Shown: in pieces, positions 19,701 to 28,652 of the stretch
How positions within the stretch are numbered: position 1 is the first letter of the stretch
How the letters are laid out: every line of letters begins with the position of its first letter
Assembly: GCA_050173015.1 (NCBI GenBank)
Contig: JBFXLE010000028.1
Span: 1-48,240, forward strand
Reading direction: 5' to 3'
DNA length: 48,240 bases
DNA from: Calditrichaceae bacterium
GTDB lineage: Bacteria > Calditrichota > Calditrichia > Calditrichales > JBFXGD01
The notes under the pieces: model-generated
What the model was told of the DNA's origin: nothing
What the model saw: the letters and a program-made list of their open reading frames with translations, nothing else
The model's database searches: none
Program-made: the position numbers and the translations under genes

Positions 19701-19849
19701 TTGATTTGTTCTGATATCGAATTGACGATGCGATTAAATTCCTTCAAGCGTCCGTTATGGTATTTATTCCAGTCTAAGGATGCTTCAAGGATGGAACTGA
19801 GTGCGGCTTCTTCGAATCGTTTCACTATCAATTTAGGATCTTGATTCAT
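16784..19849 (-). CDS. Large helical protein with C-terminal STAND-like/AAA P-loop domain and winged helix
   Basis: About 600 aa helical N-terminus; FYAGRNSE upstream of Walker A-like GERGSGRTT; Walker B-like ICIVENIQ; C-terminal wH-like LTRMANLGLI...YQIHPFL. Confidence 0.75.
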   Translation of the reverse strand: MNQDPKLIVKRFEEAALSSILEASLDWNKYHNGRLKEFNRIVNSISEQIKADKNFELSIEDAWKILELNFIELITWVESLSYSGKDQSQREFVLPWLEKFQLLLTEFPQEIEIPVTEEFWKPVSTDSLPDRIWKFNKRLKRRSLKFNLKIKNFFRKLVRKLPKELPVHTRKFDLYYFLTDHVERPVVEYILKEWQIFLVSASSQFVGLQSGVERLKEKGITLEKLKSYTEEEKKELRIPVTIFDEILEELRISEIDSTVLKSETQSRFSQNFENVLIRFHSNWELAGTFLHPVKTFEKNGFNKQWASLEKSFKKIREAWDLHFMGIREDWQNSLELSILQLKLSQIYKSTIRRLYDQIEKKMQPSIKEVIDLLSKSAEKLRAPKSAKALKQAITTENRDLIKELRYVKLPHVLDMIVQTQIIQILENYSSEFDKARGILSEEHVIFVYRDDENTPPKSKIDDIPLKELVDTEILSRFSGKYNKFIDTIRENLESISRTISEIDQVVEFNLEAGLNLINQEDSESNFNEARKVVLGGFERAEKLFNDLLSQSVNIAEECNLQLFERSLEFEHEIQNLADNEKIIELKIRLARAKTEERIREYRHKAITFVKSILPVIFVFVTTNFKKIWGEYSKFRKMTGLVKPETVIEDQLSVFLSDTQSQVSKLPYVYQRLFRFEPLEDERFYAGRNSEMAMIESEFNDWQNGQYASTVLIGERGSGRTTLMKFAEKKYFQNHGMILLDILDKSYTNQDLLVLLKNAFNAGHIEDLDEFEEWILASKEKHICIVENIQNLFIRVVDGFESIERFLLLVSRTHGKIFWLVSCTLYSWNYLDKVISISRFFNKEIFLGALPMSEMQLIILKRHRVSGYNLEFEDNESIRTNRKFKKLSTDKDRQNFLKTLFFNQLNDLSSGNVTVAMLYWLRSIKEILSDKIILTADIDVDYSFLYGFPAEDLFTLGAIFQHETLSPKIHALIFHQNSQHSLLQLTRMANLGLIIKKERGYQIHPFLYRPLMRILKAKNIIQ

Positions 19850-19929
19850 AAATAATCCTGTAATTAAACATTTTTTCGGTTTTTAGTATAGAAGAAAGAA
19901 CAGATATTACCATCCATGGCGGCGGGGTG

Positions 19930-19957
19930 ATTATACAATAAATTACCTATTACGCAA
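19930..19957 (-). promoter_or_regulatory. Sigma70-type promoter for the NTPase-MscS cluster
   Basis: Minus strand TTGCGT-16nt-TATAAT followed by GC-rich CACCCCGCC, about 80 nt upstream of ATG 19849. Confidence 0.55.
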
Positions 19958-20088
19958 TATATCCGCAAGCGAATTAAATATTATAGTAAATAAGACCGTA
20001 ATATGAACGAACAGATGATGATGGTCAAATCCAAAAATTTTTTGATAGAAGAAGACCATTCAAAAAAAATACACCGGCTAATATTATT

Positions 20089-20400
20089 TCAGGAAGCGAT
20101 GCTTACAGCTCTGTTTAAAAAAGCTTCAAGATCCTGCATTGAAAAGTGGCGGCTGAATCGTCTGATTTCCCGACCTTCAGAGAACAGAACAATAGTCGGA
20201 ACGGCGAATACCATGTGCTGACCGCTCACCAGAGGGTGTTCATGAGTGTTTATGTAAAGAAAATCCACACCTTCATATTTATTGGCGAGATTTTCCACTT
20301 TTGGGCGTAATACCTGACAGACATTGCATTCCGGATAGGAAAAATACGCCACCAGGAAAGGACTTTCCTGAATTGTTTCATTGATTCTTTCAAGACCCAA
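20089..20400 (-). CDS. Thioredoxin-family protein
   Basis: CNVC active-site motif, VFAVPT cis-Pro loop; TTG start with AAGGAG RBS. Confidence 0.88.
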   Translation of the reverse strand: MGLERINETIQESPFLVAYFSYPECNVCQVLRPKVENLANKYEGVDFLYINTHEHPLVSGQHMVFAVPTIVLFSEGREIRRFSRHFSMQDLEAFLNRAVSIAS

Positions 20401-20503
20401 TGTAAACTCCTTGTCATTCTATTAAACCGTCTGTTGGACGTATAATGATAAATTTTTACTTTCTAATGCATAGATGACCCTAATAACTGAAAGTTACGAA
20501 TAA

Positions 20504-22336
20504 TTATTTGAATAAATTTTTTAATTTATCTTTTACCTGATCACCAAGCTTACTTTTTTCTTTCTCGATCTCTTCCTTTTTGTCATCGATGAGATTTAAC
20601 TTGTCTGAAAGCAGGTCCTCATATTTTGTCAATTGCGCCTTTAATTGTTCTTCCTTGCCGGAAATCAGATTATTCAGTTCTTCGCGACGTTTTCCAACCT
20701 CCTGGTCAACTTTTGCCTTAATTTTGGCGCGGGCTTCTTCTGCATCCTTACTGATTACGGATTTCAAACCGGACACAAATTGATCATCAAGATTTGAATT
20801 GAGAGAAAATTTCAGGTTGTCCTTTTCGCCGCTGATCCTGGCGATGAAATCCACAGTAGATGTTCCTTTAATAATGTCCCGGACGATTGACTCAAGTTTG
20901 TTTTTTGAGTCTTGCGTATCCTTTTGTTCAAATTGCAGCTCTGATCCGACAAATTTAATATTCCCGGTTATCTTATCCCCGGAAATATCAAAATTTGATT
21001 CGACACTGCCTCTGCCCTTTTTAACTTTGTTGGGCAAAAATTGTGAATCGGACAACTTCATATTATTGAGTGAAAATCCTTTATATAGCAGATTAATATG
21101 CTCAGATGGTTTTTCACCGAGATAGTCCAGTTCACCGGTGATTGACAACCCGCGTCCTTTGTTATCAAATCCTTTGATATCCATATCCGTTGTTTTGCCG
21201 ATGATCCGCTGATTGGAAACGATATTACGAATTTCACCTTTTATCTGAATACCGTCATTTGTTTCACCGCTTAGATTAATCATCCTGATCCAAAAATCCG
21301 GCCGGGCGTTTTTATTGTAAAAATAAATATCCTGGCCTTTTAACCGGGGAGGTTTTGCTTTTTCCGGTTTATCGGACTGTAGTTTGGCCGCATAGGTCCG
21401 GGCTTTTGAGACATAACCCAAATATTGATTCACCTGATTGACAACCGTTTTGCCAAATAGAAATTTTCCGATGTTCTGAGAATTGATCTCAGGAAGTTTA
21501 GCCATAGAAACGGCTTTTTTGTAGTCATCCTGAATCCAGTCATCCACCATCGCCGTACTGTTTCTCGCGGATTTCAAATCATCGGATAATTGTTGTTTAC
21601 TGTTCTTTAATATATTGGAAAGGGAATCGGCTGATTTTTTTATCTGATTGATATCGTTTAAAGATGACTGAAAAGACTGAACAGAATTTATTTTTTTTAT
21701 ATCGAGACCTTTGACCTGCCTTTCGATTCTCTTGGTGTCAGCCTCAATATCCATCCCGGACAATTGAGCTTGCCAGCCGTCATATTTTTGAGTCAGGCTT
21801 TTTTGCAGAGAATCGATTTTGGAAGGAGAATCAATTTTGAGCAAAGCCATCACGCTGTCAACGTTTATTTTTTGTTTATAGGCCGACATGTTGAACGCCG
21901 GCGCCTCGCCGATTTGTTTCCCCAGATTGTCAATCGTTTTACCTAAAAATCCTTTCTCGGCGGAAGTGGTTTTCTTTTTTATGATTTTCCCGTCGGTTTC
22001 ACGGTCGGTATTCATCCGAAAGCCGGTTAGCTGAATGTTTTCGATGATAATCTTTTTGCTGAACAATGGCCAAAATTCCATTTTAAACTCGGTATGACCG
22101 GTCTCGATAATATTTTTCATGGTGTTTTTTGTATCCGATATCTGCAATCTGTCCCAACTCAACCGGGGACCAAACAGAGAAAAATCGATTCCGTCAAATT
22201 CCACTTTGGCGCCATTTAACGAACTGCCCGTTTCCTCAAGCCGTGATTCCAGCCAGGCATCGGTTAAAAGCAGAGAGATACCAAAAATTACCGCCGCGAT
22301 GACAAGAAGTACAATGATTCCTTTTTTCCGAAACAT
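20504..22336 (-). CDS. TIGR03545-family protein (AsmA-like N-terminus)
   Basis: N-terminal TM anchor, GAKVEF...PLFSKKIIIENIQLTG, helical insert, PPRLKGQDIYF..PDFWIR, SNLDDQF, coiled-coil C-terminus; paired with TIGR03546. Confidence 0.8.
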   Translation of the reverse strand: MFRKKGIIVLLVIAAVIFGISLLLTDAWLESRLEETGSSLNGAKVEFDGIDFSLFGPRLSWDRLQISDTKNTMKNIIETGHTEFKMEFWPLFSKKIIIENIQLTGFRMNTDRETDGKIIKKKTTSAEKGFLGKTIDNLGKQIGEAPAFNMSAYKQKINVDSVMALLKIDSPSKIDSLQKSLTQKYDGWQAQLSGMDIEADTKRIERQVKGLDIKKINSVQSFQSSLNDINQIKKSADSLSNILKNSKQQLSDDLKSARNSTAMVDDWIQDDYKKAVSMAKLPEINSQNIGKFLFGKTVVNQVNQYLGYVSKARTYAAKLQSDKPEKAKPPRLKGQDIYFYNKNARPDFWIRMINLSGETNDGIQIKGEIRNIVSNQRIIGKTTDMDIKGFDNKGRGLSITGELDYLGEKPSEHINLLYKGFSLNNMKLSDSQFLPNKVKKGRGSVESNFDISGDKITGNIKFVGSELQFEQKDTQDSKNKLESIVRDIIKGTSTVDFIARISGEKDNLKFSLNSNLDDQFVSGLKSVISKDAEEARAKIKAKVDQEVGKRREELNNLISGKEEQLKAQLTKYEDLLSDKLNLIDDKKEEIEKEKSKLGDQVKDKLKNLFK

Positions 22337-22860
22337 TATTCACCCCAAATTTTTACTTTTTCATAGATTGAATAGAATTTGGAACCCTTCACAACCTTCA
22401 CAATTTTCCATTTCTGAAATTTTGGATCGATATTTTCCCGGTAATAATTAACCCCTTTTATCGTAAGAAAGTAAACCGGAAGTAGAAGAATAATCGAAGT
22501 GACAAGGCTCCCCATCACCACCGTGTTGTTGAAGCGGCTCAGCGCGATCACCGGGATATTGTAAAGAGATGTGTAAAATGCATTTAATGATGTGAGATCA
22601 GCCAGCAGGAAGTAACCAAAACTGTGAAAAAGAGGATCAATCAGGTAGGCCACAGCGCTGAAAATTCCAAAACTGAAGATTGCCATAGCCATATTGACAT
22701 TCAGGATGAGGATCAGGAACAGAACAATCAAATTGTGCAGACTCATCATGGGAGTAAGTCCGATAATCATCCCGAGGATAAATCCCCCGGCAATCTGTCC
22801 GGGAGAAGCAGCGGACCTGAGAATTTTTAGCAGTTTCGCGAAAAATTGAAGTATGAACAT
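22336..22860 (-). CDS. TIGR03546/DUF2062-family membrane protein
   Basis: SPGQIAGGFILGMIIGLTP, DPLFHSFGY.LL, LYNIP...RFNNTVVMGS; stop and next start overlap as TAATG. Confidence 0.85.
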   Translation of the reverse strand: MFILQFFAKLLKILRSAASPGQIAGGFILGMIIGLTPMMSLHNLIVLFLILILNVNMAMAIFSFGIFSAVAYLIDPLFHSFGYFLLADLTSLNAFYTSLYNIPVIALSRFNNTVVMGSLVTSIILLLPVYFLTIKGVNYYRENIDPKFQKWKIVKVVKGSKFYSIYEKVKIWGE

Positions 22861-23040
22861 AACGCGCTCCGAAATAAGGAAGATGGTTTAAGTTAAAAAG
22901 CGTTTGCTCTGATAAAAAGGAATATATTAAAAATTTACATCGCGTTTAAATTATTGATATCCTTGATAGGCGCCATCATAATTCAGAATGCCAAATATGG
23001 ATTATAAGTTCCTTCTTCATCAAAATTATCTAAAAATGGT

Positions 23041-23625
23041 TCAGCGTATCTCTAACTGAATTAATATTTGTTTTAATTCCGGGATTACTTCATTCTCAAA
23101 CCATGAGTTGGATTTGAACCAGCCGCGATTGCGGGGCGAAGGGTGGGGAAGAGGGAAGTACTCAGGAAGATATTCTCTGTAATTCTTAACGGTTTCAGAG
23201 AGATTTTTCTTTCTACGTTTTCCAAGAAAATATTCCTGAGAATATCTACCGATCAATATGGTAAGTTTAATATTTTTAAGGTGTTCCGCGAGTCGTTCAA
23301 AATAAAGCTCCGAACATTCTTTGCGAGGCGGCAGATCACCGTTTTTACCGGTGCCCGGATAACAGAATCCCATTGGAATAATGGCGATAAGTTCTTCATT
23401 ATAGAATGTTTTGTTGTCCATTCCAAGCCATTCACGAAGTCTGTCGCCGCTCGGATCATTAAACGGAATCCCGGTATTGTGAACCCTTACGCCCGGAGCC
23501 TGCCCGACAATCCGCAAACGGGCTGATTCTGACGCGCGGATGACGGGATTCGGGCCAAGTGGGAGGAAATCTTCGCATACACTGCAATTGCGGATTTCCG
23601 ATAACAGTTTGTTAAATTCCCGCAT
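23041..23625 (-). CDS. Uracil-DNA glycosylase superfamily protein (family 4/5-like, probable Fe-S)
   Basis: CSVC, IVGQAPG, PSGDRLREWLG, FCYPG..DLPPRKEC, LPHPSPRN. Confidence 0.9.
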   Translation of the reverse strand: MREFNKLLSEIRNCSVCEDFLPLGPNPVIRASESARLRIVGQAPGVRVHNTGIPFNDPSGDRLREWLGMDNKTFYNEELIAIIPMGFCYPGTGKNGDLPPRKECSELYFERLAEHLKNIKLTILIGRYSQEYFLGKRRKKNLSETVKNYREYLPEYFPLPHPSPRNRGWFKSNSWFENEVIPELKQILIQLEIR

Positions 23626-23665
23626 GATATTGAAATGAATATATTAATGAAGTAATGATCTGCAT

Positions 23666-23971
23666 TTATTTATCATCTGCAGGTGAATTTGCCATCCAGG
23701 ATTCCAGAATTTCAATGATCTTCTGTGCCTGAGCCGGGGATGAGATGTTGAATTTTGAATGAGGATAATAAATTCCGTTGCGCTTCTGGTACCGTCCGAT
23801 TCTGAATTTAGCGGGTCCGTACTCACTGGTGGCTTTGTTGAGCTCCTGATACATAAACATAACCGTTGCCCATGCCCCTTTAGTTAGGATTTCTTTCTTT
23901 AATTCTTTGACCGTTGCCCTGCCTTCGTCATCTGTCCATTCTATGGTGATATCATCAATTGGATCTGACAT
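23666..23971 (-). CDS. Small hypothetical protein downstream of parC
   Basis: AGGAG RBS; 101 aa; ILTKGAWATVMF.YQE...RYQKRNG...SKFNISS; beta-strands followed by a C-terminal helix. Confidence 0.75.
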   Translation of the reverse strand: MSDPIDDITIEWTDDEGRATVKELKKEILTKGAWATVMFMYQELNKATSEYGPAKFRIGRYQKRNGIYYPHSKFNISSPAQAQKIIEILESWMANSPADDK

Positions 23972-24012
23972 ATTAACTCCTGATTATTTGAGTTTTCAGC
24001 CCGGATGCTGAT

Positions 24013-26664
24013 TTATTTAGTATTAAAAAGATCTCCCTGGGTCGTATCTTCATCATTTTCATTTCGACCGGAAGAGATTTCATCTTCACCGGTTTTTATA
24101 ATAATCTCGGGTTCGGATTCTTCGGCGATTATAATTTCCGGTTCGTCTTTCTCAATCAAATCTACTCCAATCACTCTGTAATTGCTGATCCGGTTACCCC
24201 TGGCTTTCCAGCCCTTAACATCCACGATCTCGTTAAGCGATATGTTTTCGGCCATTTCTTCCTTAGCCCGGCCCTTCAGATAACGCATTTCCGCGGAGGG
24301 ATTTGAATGCGTTGTGACGATAACGAGCTTTGAATCCTTATGATCAGTAATATATTTAAAAAGCTTGTCCTGTGTCAGCGTTTCAATCTTAAATCTTTTT
24401 ACATAAAAATTCTCCGTATCGCCGTCATAATGGACGGCTGTGATCACTTTTTCCGGATCGAACCGCTCGATTAAAATCGTTTTTTCGAGGTCATAGTGGT
24501 TGCTTAGCTCATAGGATGTCAGTTCATAAGTACCGTCTTTGTAAATGGCGAGAATAAGATCATCACCTTCAAAATTACCGAGATACAATCCTCGTTCATC
24601 TGTGTTAAGCCTGCCGATTGTTTCATCGTACCAGACATCGAGTCCGCCGAGAGTGGAGGCGCCAATCGATTTTTGAACGATCTTTTTTACGGGATACTTT
24701 GAAAATATATTGCCCTGTGCGCCTCTTCCTTTTATGGCCAGTTCAGCAAAATCGAAATCAAATACTTTGATCCGCGCGCGGCAGCTCTGACTCAAATAAA
24801 CGGTTACGGTTTCTGATTCGCTATTGGGATTGGCAGTGAAATACAGCGTTTTGGAACCCTTGTTGCCTTTGGTCAGGTCGTATTGTTTATCTCTTGTGAT
24901 GGCGGTGACCGTAAAACGTTTGGCGTATGAAATTCCCGATTTACCGTCCCGATAGATCATATTATAGGTCATGCGCTCGTCATTTTTATTCCAGACATCG
25001 GCGTGAAGAATATTTTTTCCTATAAATGCTTTATCGGAAACCCTGGTTACCATAAAAGAGCCATCTTCCAGGAAGACGATGATATCATCAAGGTCGGAAC
25101 AATCACAAACGTATTCGTCTTTCCTGAGAGAAGTTCCGATGAATCCTTCCTTCCGGTTGATATACAACTTTTGGTTCGCCACAGCGACCTGCGCTATTTC
25201 AATATTTTCAAATGAACGGATATCTGTTTTTCGTTCACGGCCCTTCCCGTATTTTTTTTTCAGGTTTTCAAAATAATTGATGGCAAACTGAGTCAGATGC
25301 GCGAGATTATATTCCACCTGGGCGATTTCATTTTCAAGAGCCTTAATTGCTTCGTCGGCTTTAAAGGAATCATATTTTGAAATACGTTTGATCTTGATCT
25401 CGGTAAGCTTTACAATATCGTCAGTGGTTATTTCACGTTTGAATAATTTTTTGTAAGGCTCCAGTCCTTTGTCGATGGCTTCTATCACCGCATCCCAGGT
25501 CTCACATTCTTCGATATCCCGATAAATCCGTTTTTCGATGAATATTTTTTCGAGCGATGAAAAATGCCATTTTTCAGCAAGTTCCTGTTGCTTGATCAGA
25601 AGCTCTTTTTTTAGCAGTCTTACCGTGTTTTTAGTGGATAACAACAAAATTTCATTTACGCTGATAAAATGGGGTTTATCATCAATGATCACGCATAGAT
25701 TCGGTGAGATTGACACCTCGCAATCGGTAAAGGCATAAAGCGCGTCAATCGTTAAATCGGGAGAGACGGCCGGCGGCAACTCAACTATGATTTCGATATC
25801 TTTTGCGGTATTGTCGATCACGCGTTTTATTTTTATCTTATTGTTTTCGCTTGCTTTAACAATGGATTCCATGATGGACGTGGTAGTAGTGCCAAACGGA
25901 ATTTCACGAATAAGCAATGTTTTTTTGTCGATGGTATCAATTTTTGCCCGCACGCGAATTCGACCACCACGCATACCCTCATTATAATTGCTGAAATCTG
26001 CCATGCCTCCGGTAGGAAAATCCGGCAGCAGATTTATAGGTTTTCCGTTAAGAATATCGATGGACGCGTCAATCAGTTCGATAAAATTATGCGGCATAAT
26101 TTTGGTTGCGAGTCCAACCGCAATCCCTTCCGCGCCCTGCGCCAGAACCAGAGGGAATTTCATTGGCAGATGAACCGGTTCATTTTTACGACCGTCATAC
26201 GAAAGCTGCCACTCGGTTGTCTGAGGATTAAAAGCGACTTCAAGAGCAAATTTGGACAGGCGGGCCTCAATATACCGGGGAGCCGCGGCCCGGTCACCGG
26301 TGCGGATATCACCCCAGTTGCCCTGAGTTTCGATAAGCAGATCTTTCTGGCCGAGATTTACCAGAGCGTCGCCTATCGCCTGATCACCGTGTGGATGAAA
26401 CTGCATGGTGTGGCCGATGATATTGGCGGCTTTATTAAAACGGCCGTCATCCATCACTTTCATGGAATGCAGTATCCTGCGCTGTACCGGTTTTAGACCG
26501 TCTTCCACAGCCGGTACAGCTCTTTCAAGTATTACATATGAGGCATATTCAAGAAACCAGTTACTGTATAGATCCGCAACGTGTTTTGTTTCTTTGATTT
26601 CACCGTTGGTGTGTTCCTGATTTTCCTGTTCAGCGCTATTTTTATCGTTAGTTTTCTTGTCCAT
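24013..26664 (-). CDS. parC: DNA topoisomerase IV subunit A (Bacteroidota-type)
   Basis: [16 protein letters not shown], catalytic AAPRY, GIAVG.AT, PDFPTGG; no canonical GyrA-box; overlaps parE by 17 nt. Confidence 0.88.
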   Translation of the reverse strand: MDKKTNDKNSAEQENQEHTNGEIKETKHVADLYSNWFLEYASYVILERAVPAVEDGLKPVQRRILHSMKVMDDGRFNKAANIIGHTMQFHPHGDQAIGDALVNLGQKDLLIETQGNWGDIRTGDRAAAPRYIEARLSKFALEVAFNPQTTEWQLSYDGRKNEPVHLPMKFPLVLAQGAEGIAVGLATKIMPHNFIELIDASIDILNGKPINLLPDFPTGGMADFSNYNEGMRGGRIRVRAKIDTIDKKTLLIREIPFGTTTTSIMESIVKASENNKIKIKRVIDNTAKDIEIIVELPPAVSPDLTIDALYAFTDCEVSISPNLCVIIDDKPHFISVNEILLLSTKNTVRLLKKELLIKQQELAEKWHFSSLEKIFIEKRIYRDIEECETWDAVIEAIDKGLEPYKKLFKREITTDDIVKLTEIKIKRISKYDSFKADEAIKALENEIAQVEYNLAHLTQFAINYFENLKKKYGKGRERKTDIRSFENIEIAQVAVANQKLYINRKEGFIGTSLRKDEYVCDCSDLDDIIVFLEDGSFMVTRVSDKAFIGKNILHADVWNKNDERMTYNMIYRDGKSGISYAKRFTVTAITRDKQYDLTKGNKGSKTLYFTANPNSESETVTVYLSQSCRARIKVFDFDFAELAIKGRGAQGNIFSKYPVKKIVQKSIGASTLGGLDVWYDETIGRLNTDERGLYLGNFEGDDLILAIYKDGTYELTSYELSNHYDLEKTILIERFDPEKVITAVHYDGDTENFYVKRFKIETLTQDKLFKYITDHKDSKLVIVTTHSNPSAEMRYLKGRAKEEMAENISLNEIVDVKGWKARGNRISNYRVIGVDLIEKDEPEIIIAEESEPEIIIKTGEDEISSGRNENDEDTTQGDLFNTK

Positions 26665-28513
26665 TTCCCTCTTCTATCAGATCTTTCTCTATTCTCAGAT
26701 TTTCAATAATAAATTCCTGTCTGTCCGACGTGTTTTTTCCCATATAATAGTTCAGCATTTTGTTTACAACAGTCTTCTCCCTGAGAACCAGGGGTTCAAG
26801 CCGGATATTTTCGCCGATAAATTGACCAAACTCATCAGGAGAAATTTCGCCCAGTCCTTTGAATCGTGTTATTTCAGCGTTTTTCCCCAGCTTTTCCTTG
26901 GCGGACTTTTTTTCGTCTTCGTTGTAACAATAAATCGTTTCCTGTTTGTTGCGCACACGAAACAGAGGAGTTTCAAGGATATAAACATGGCCGTTTTTAA
27001 CCAGATCCGGGAAAAATTGCAGAAAAAAAGTCATCAGCAATAAACGGATGTGCATCCCGTCAACATCAGCGTCGGTGGCGATGACAATATTGTTGTAGCG
27101 AAGATTTTCTATATCTTCTTCAATGTTTAGCGCGTGTTGCAGAAGGTTGAATTCTTCGTTCTCATAAACCACTTTTTTTGTAAGTCCGAAAGAGTTCAAC
27201 GGCTTGCCGCGCAGACTGAATACAGCTTGCGTCTCGACATCTCTGGACTTCGTGATGGAACCGCTCGCGGAGTCACCTTCAGTGATAAACAAAGTGGAGT
27301 TGTAACGGCGTTCTGATTTACCTTCGTTATAATGGATGCGGCAGTCGCGTAATTTCTTATTATGAAGATTGGCTTTTTTTGCTCTCTGATTTGCCAATTT
27401 TTTGATGCCGGCCATTTCCTTGCGTTCGCGTTCAGACTGCGAAATTCGTTTTAATAAGGCATCGGCTGTTTCGTGATGTTTATGCAGATAATTGTCTAAT
27501 TCAGTCTTGATAAAATCATGGACAAATGTCCTGACCGTGATTCCGTCCGGAGCGATATTAAGAGATCCAAGTTTGGTTTTTGTCTGCGACTCGAAGACCG
27601 GTTCCTGGATACGGATGCTGATTGCCGCAACGATCGAACTGCGGATATCGGATGCGTCAAAATCTTTTTTATAAAAATCGCGAACGGTTTTAACGATTGC
27701 TTCACGAAAGGCGGCCAGATGTGTTCCGCCCTGTGTCGTGTATTGGCCGTTTACAAAAGAATAATATTCTTCACCATACTGATTTGTATGAGTCAGTGCG
27801 ATTTCAATATCCTGAGATTTAAAATGAATGATCGGATAACGCTGATTTTCAGCTTCTGATTTACGGCTCAGCAAATCCAGAAGTCCGTTTTCGGAATAAA
27901 ATTTTTTGCTGTTTAAACTAATTGTCAGCCCGGCATTGAGATAAACATAGTTCCACATCAGATTTTCCAGGTAATCCGGGATAAAACGATAGTTCTTGAA
28001 AATGCTGTCATCGGGTTCAAAAATGATGGATGTGCCGTTTCGCTGGCTTGTGGATTCAATGGGGTAGTCATTCTTGAGTTCGCCGCGTTCAAATTCCTGG
28101 ATCTTTGTTTGACCGTCTCTGGCGGACTGAACACGAAAATACCTGGAAAGAGCGTTAACCGCTTTGGTTCCGACCCCGTTTAAGCCAACGGATTTTTGGA
28201 ATGCTTTTGTATCGTATTTTCCGCCGGTGTTGATTTTGGCGACACAATCATAAACTTTCCCAAGAGGAATTCCCCGGCCATAATCGCGCACCTGAACACG
28301 GTGTTCGCTGATTTTGACTTCGATGGTTTTGCCAAAACCCATCATATGTTCATCTATGGAGTTGTCTATGGTTTCTTTTACCAGAATATAGATGCCGTCA
28401 TCAAGAGATGAACCATCTCCGAGCTTGCCGATATACATACCGGGCCGCATGCGGATATGTTCACGCCAGTCTAAGGAGCGGATACTTTCTTCAGTGTAGA
28501 TTAATTCTGACAT
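26648..28513 (-). CDS. parE: DNA topoisomerase IV subunit B
   Basis: [61 protein letters not shown]; 621 aa. Confidence 0.9.
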   Translation of the reverse strand: MSELIYTEESIRSLDWREHIRMRPGMYIGKLGDGSSLDDGIYILVKETIDNSIDEHMMGFGKTIEVKISEHRVQVRDYGRGIPLGKVYDCVAKINTGGKYDTKAFQKSVGLNGVGTKAVNALSRYFRVQSARDGQTKIQEFERGELKNDYPIESTSQRNGTSIIFEPDDSIFKNYRFIPDYLENLMWNYVYLNAGLTISLNSKKFYSENGLLDLLSRKSEAENQRYPIIHFKSQDIEIALTHTNQYGEEYYSFVNGQYTTQGGTHLAAFREAIVKTVRDFYKKDFDASDIRSSIVAAISIRIQEPVFESQTKTKLGSLNIAPDGITVRTFVHDFIKTELDNYLHKHHETADALLKRISQSERERKEMAGIKKLANQRAKKANLHNKKLRDCRIHYNEGKSERRYNSTLFITEGDSASGSITKSRDVETQAVFSLRGKPLNSFGLTKKVVYENEEFNLLQHALNIEEDIENLRYNNIVIATDADVDGMHIRLLLMTFFLQFFPDLVKNGHVYILETPLFRVRNKQETIYCYNEDEKKSAKEKLGKNAEITRFKGLGEISPDEFGQFIGENIRLEPLVLREKTVVNKMLNYYMGKNTSDRQEFIIENLRIEKDLIEEGNGQEN

Positions 28514-28652
28514 TTTGCTTTGCCTGTTCCGTATTTAATTATAAACAAGTAATAATATAAAGAATATTTTCCGAATATCTCCATAAGGATCAGAGAAAAA
28601 TATAATAATTCTTATGTTAAGTCCAATAAATTTTAAGCGATTAATTTGAAGA

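Noticed and set aside
1499-22336. Functional link between the Vps62-like protein and the AsmA/VPS13-like TIGR03545 protein
   Set aside because: About 17 kb apart, on opposite strands and in different compositional contexts; nothing in the sequence connects them.
25252-25260. A9 run in parC as a phase-variation tract
   Set aside because: In frame (KKK) within a housekeeping gene; expected in an AT-rich genome.
24013-28513. gyrA/gyrB assignment
   Set aside because: No canonical GyrA-box, and the sequence style matches Bacteroidota-type ParC/ParE.
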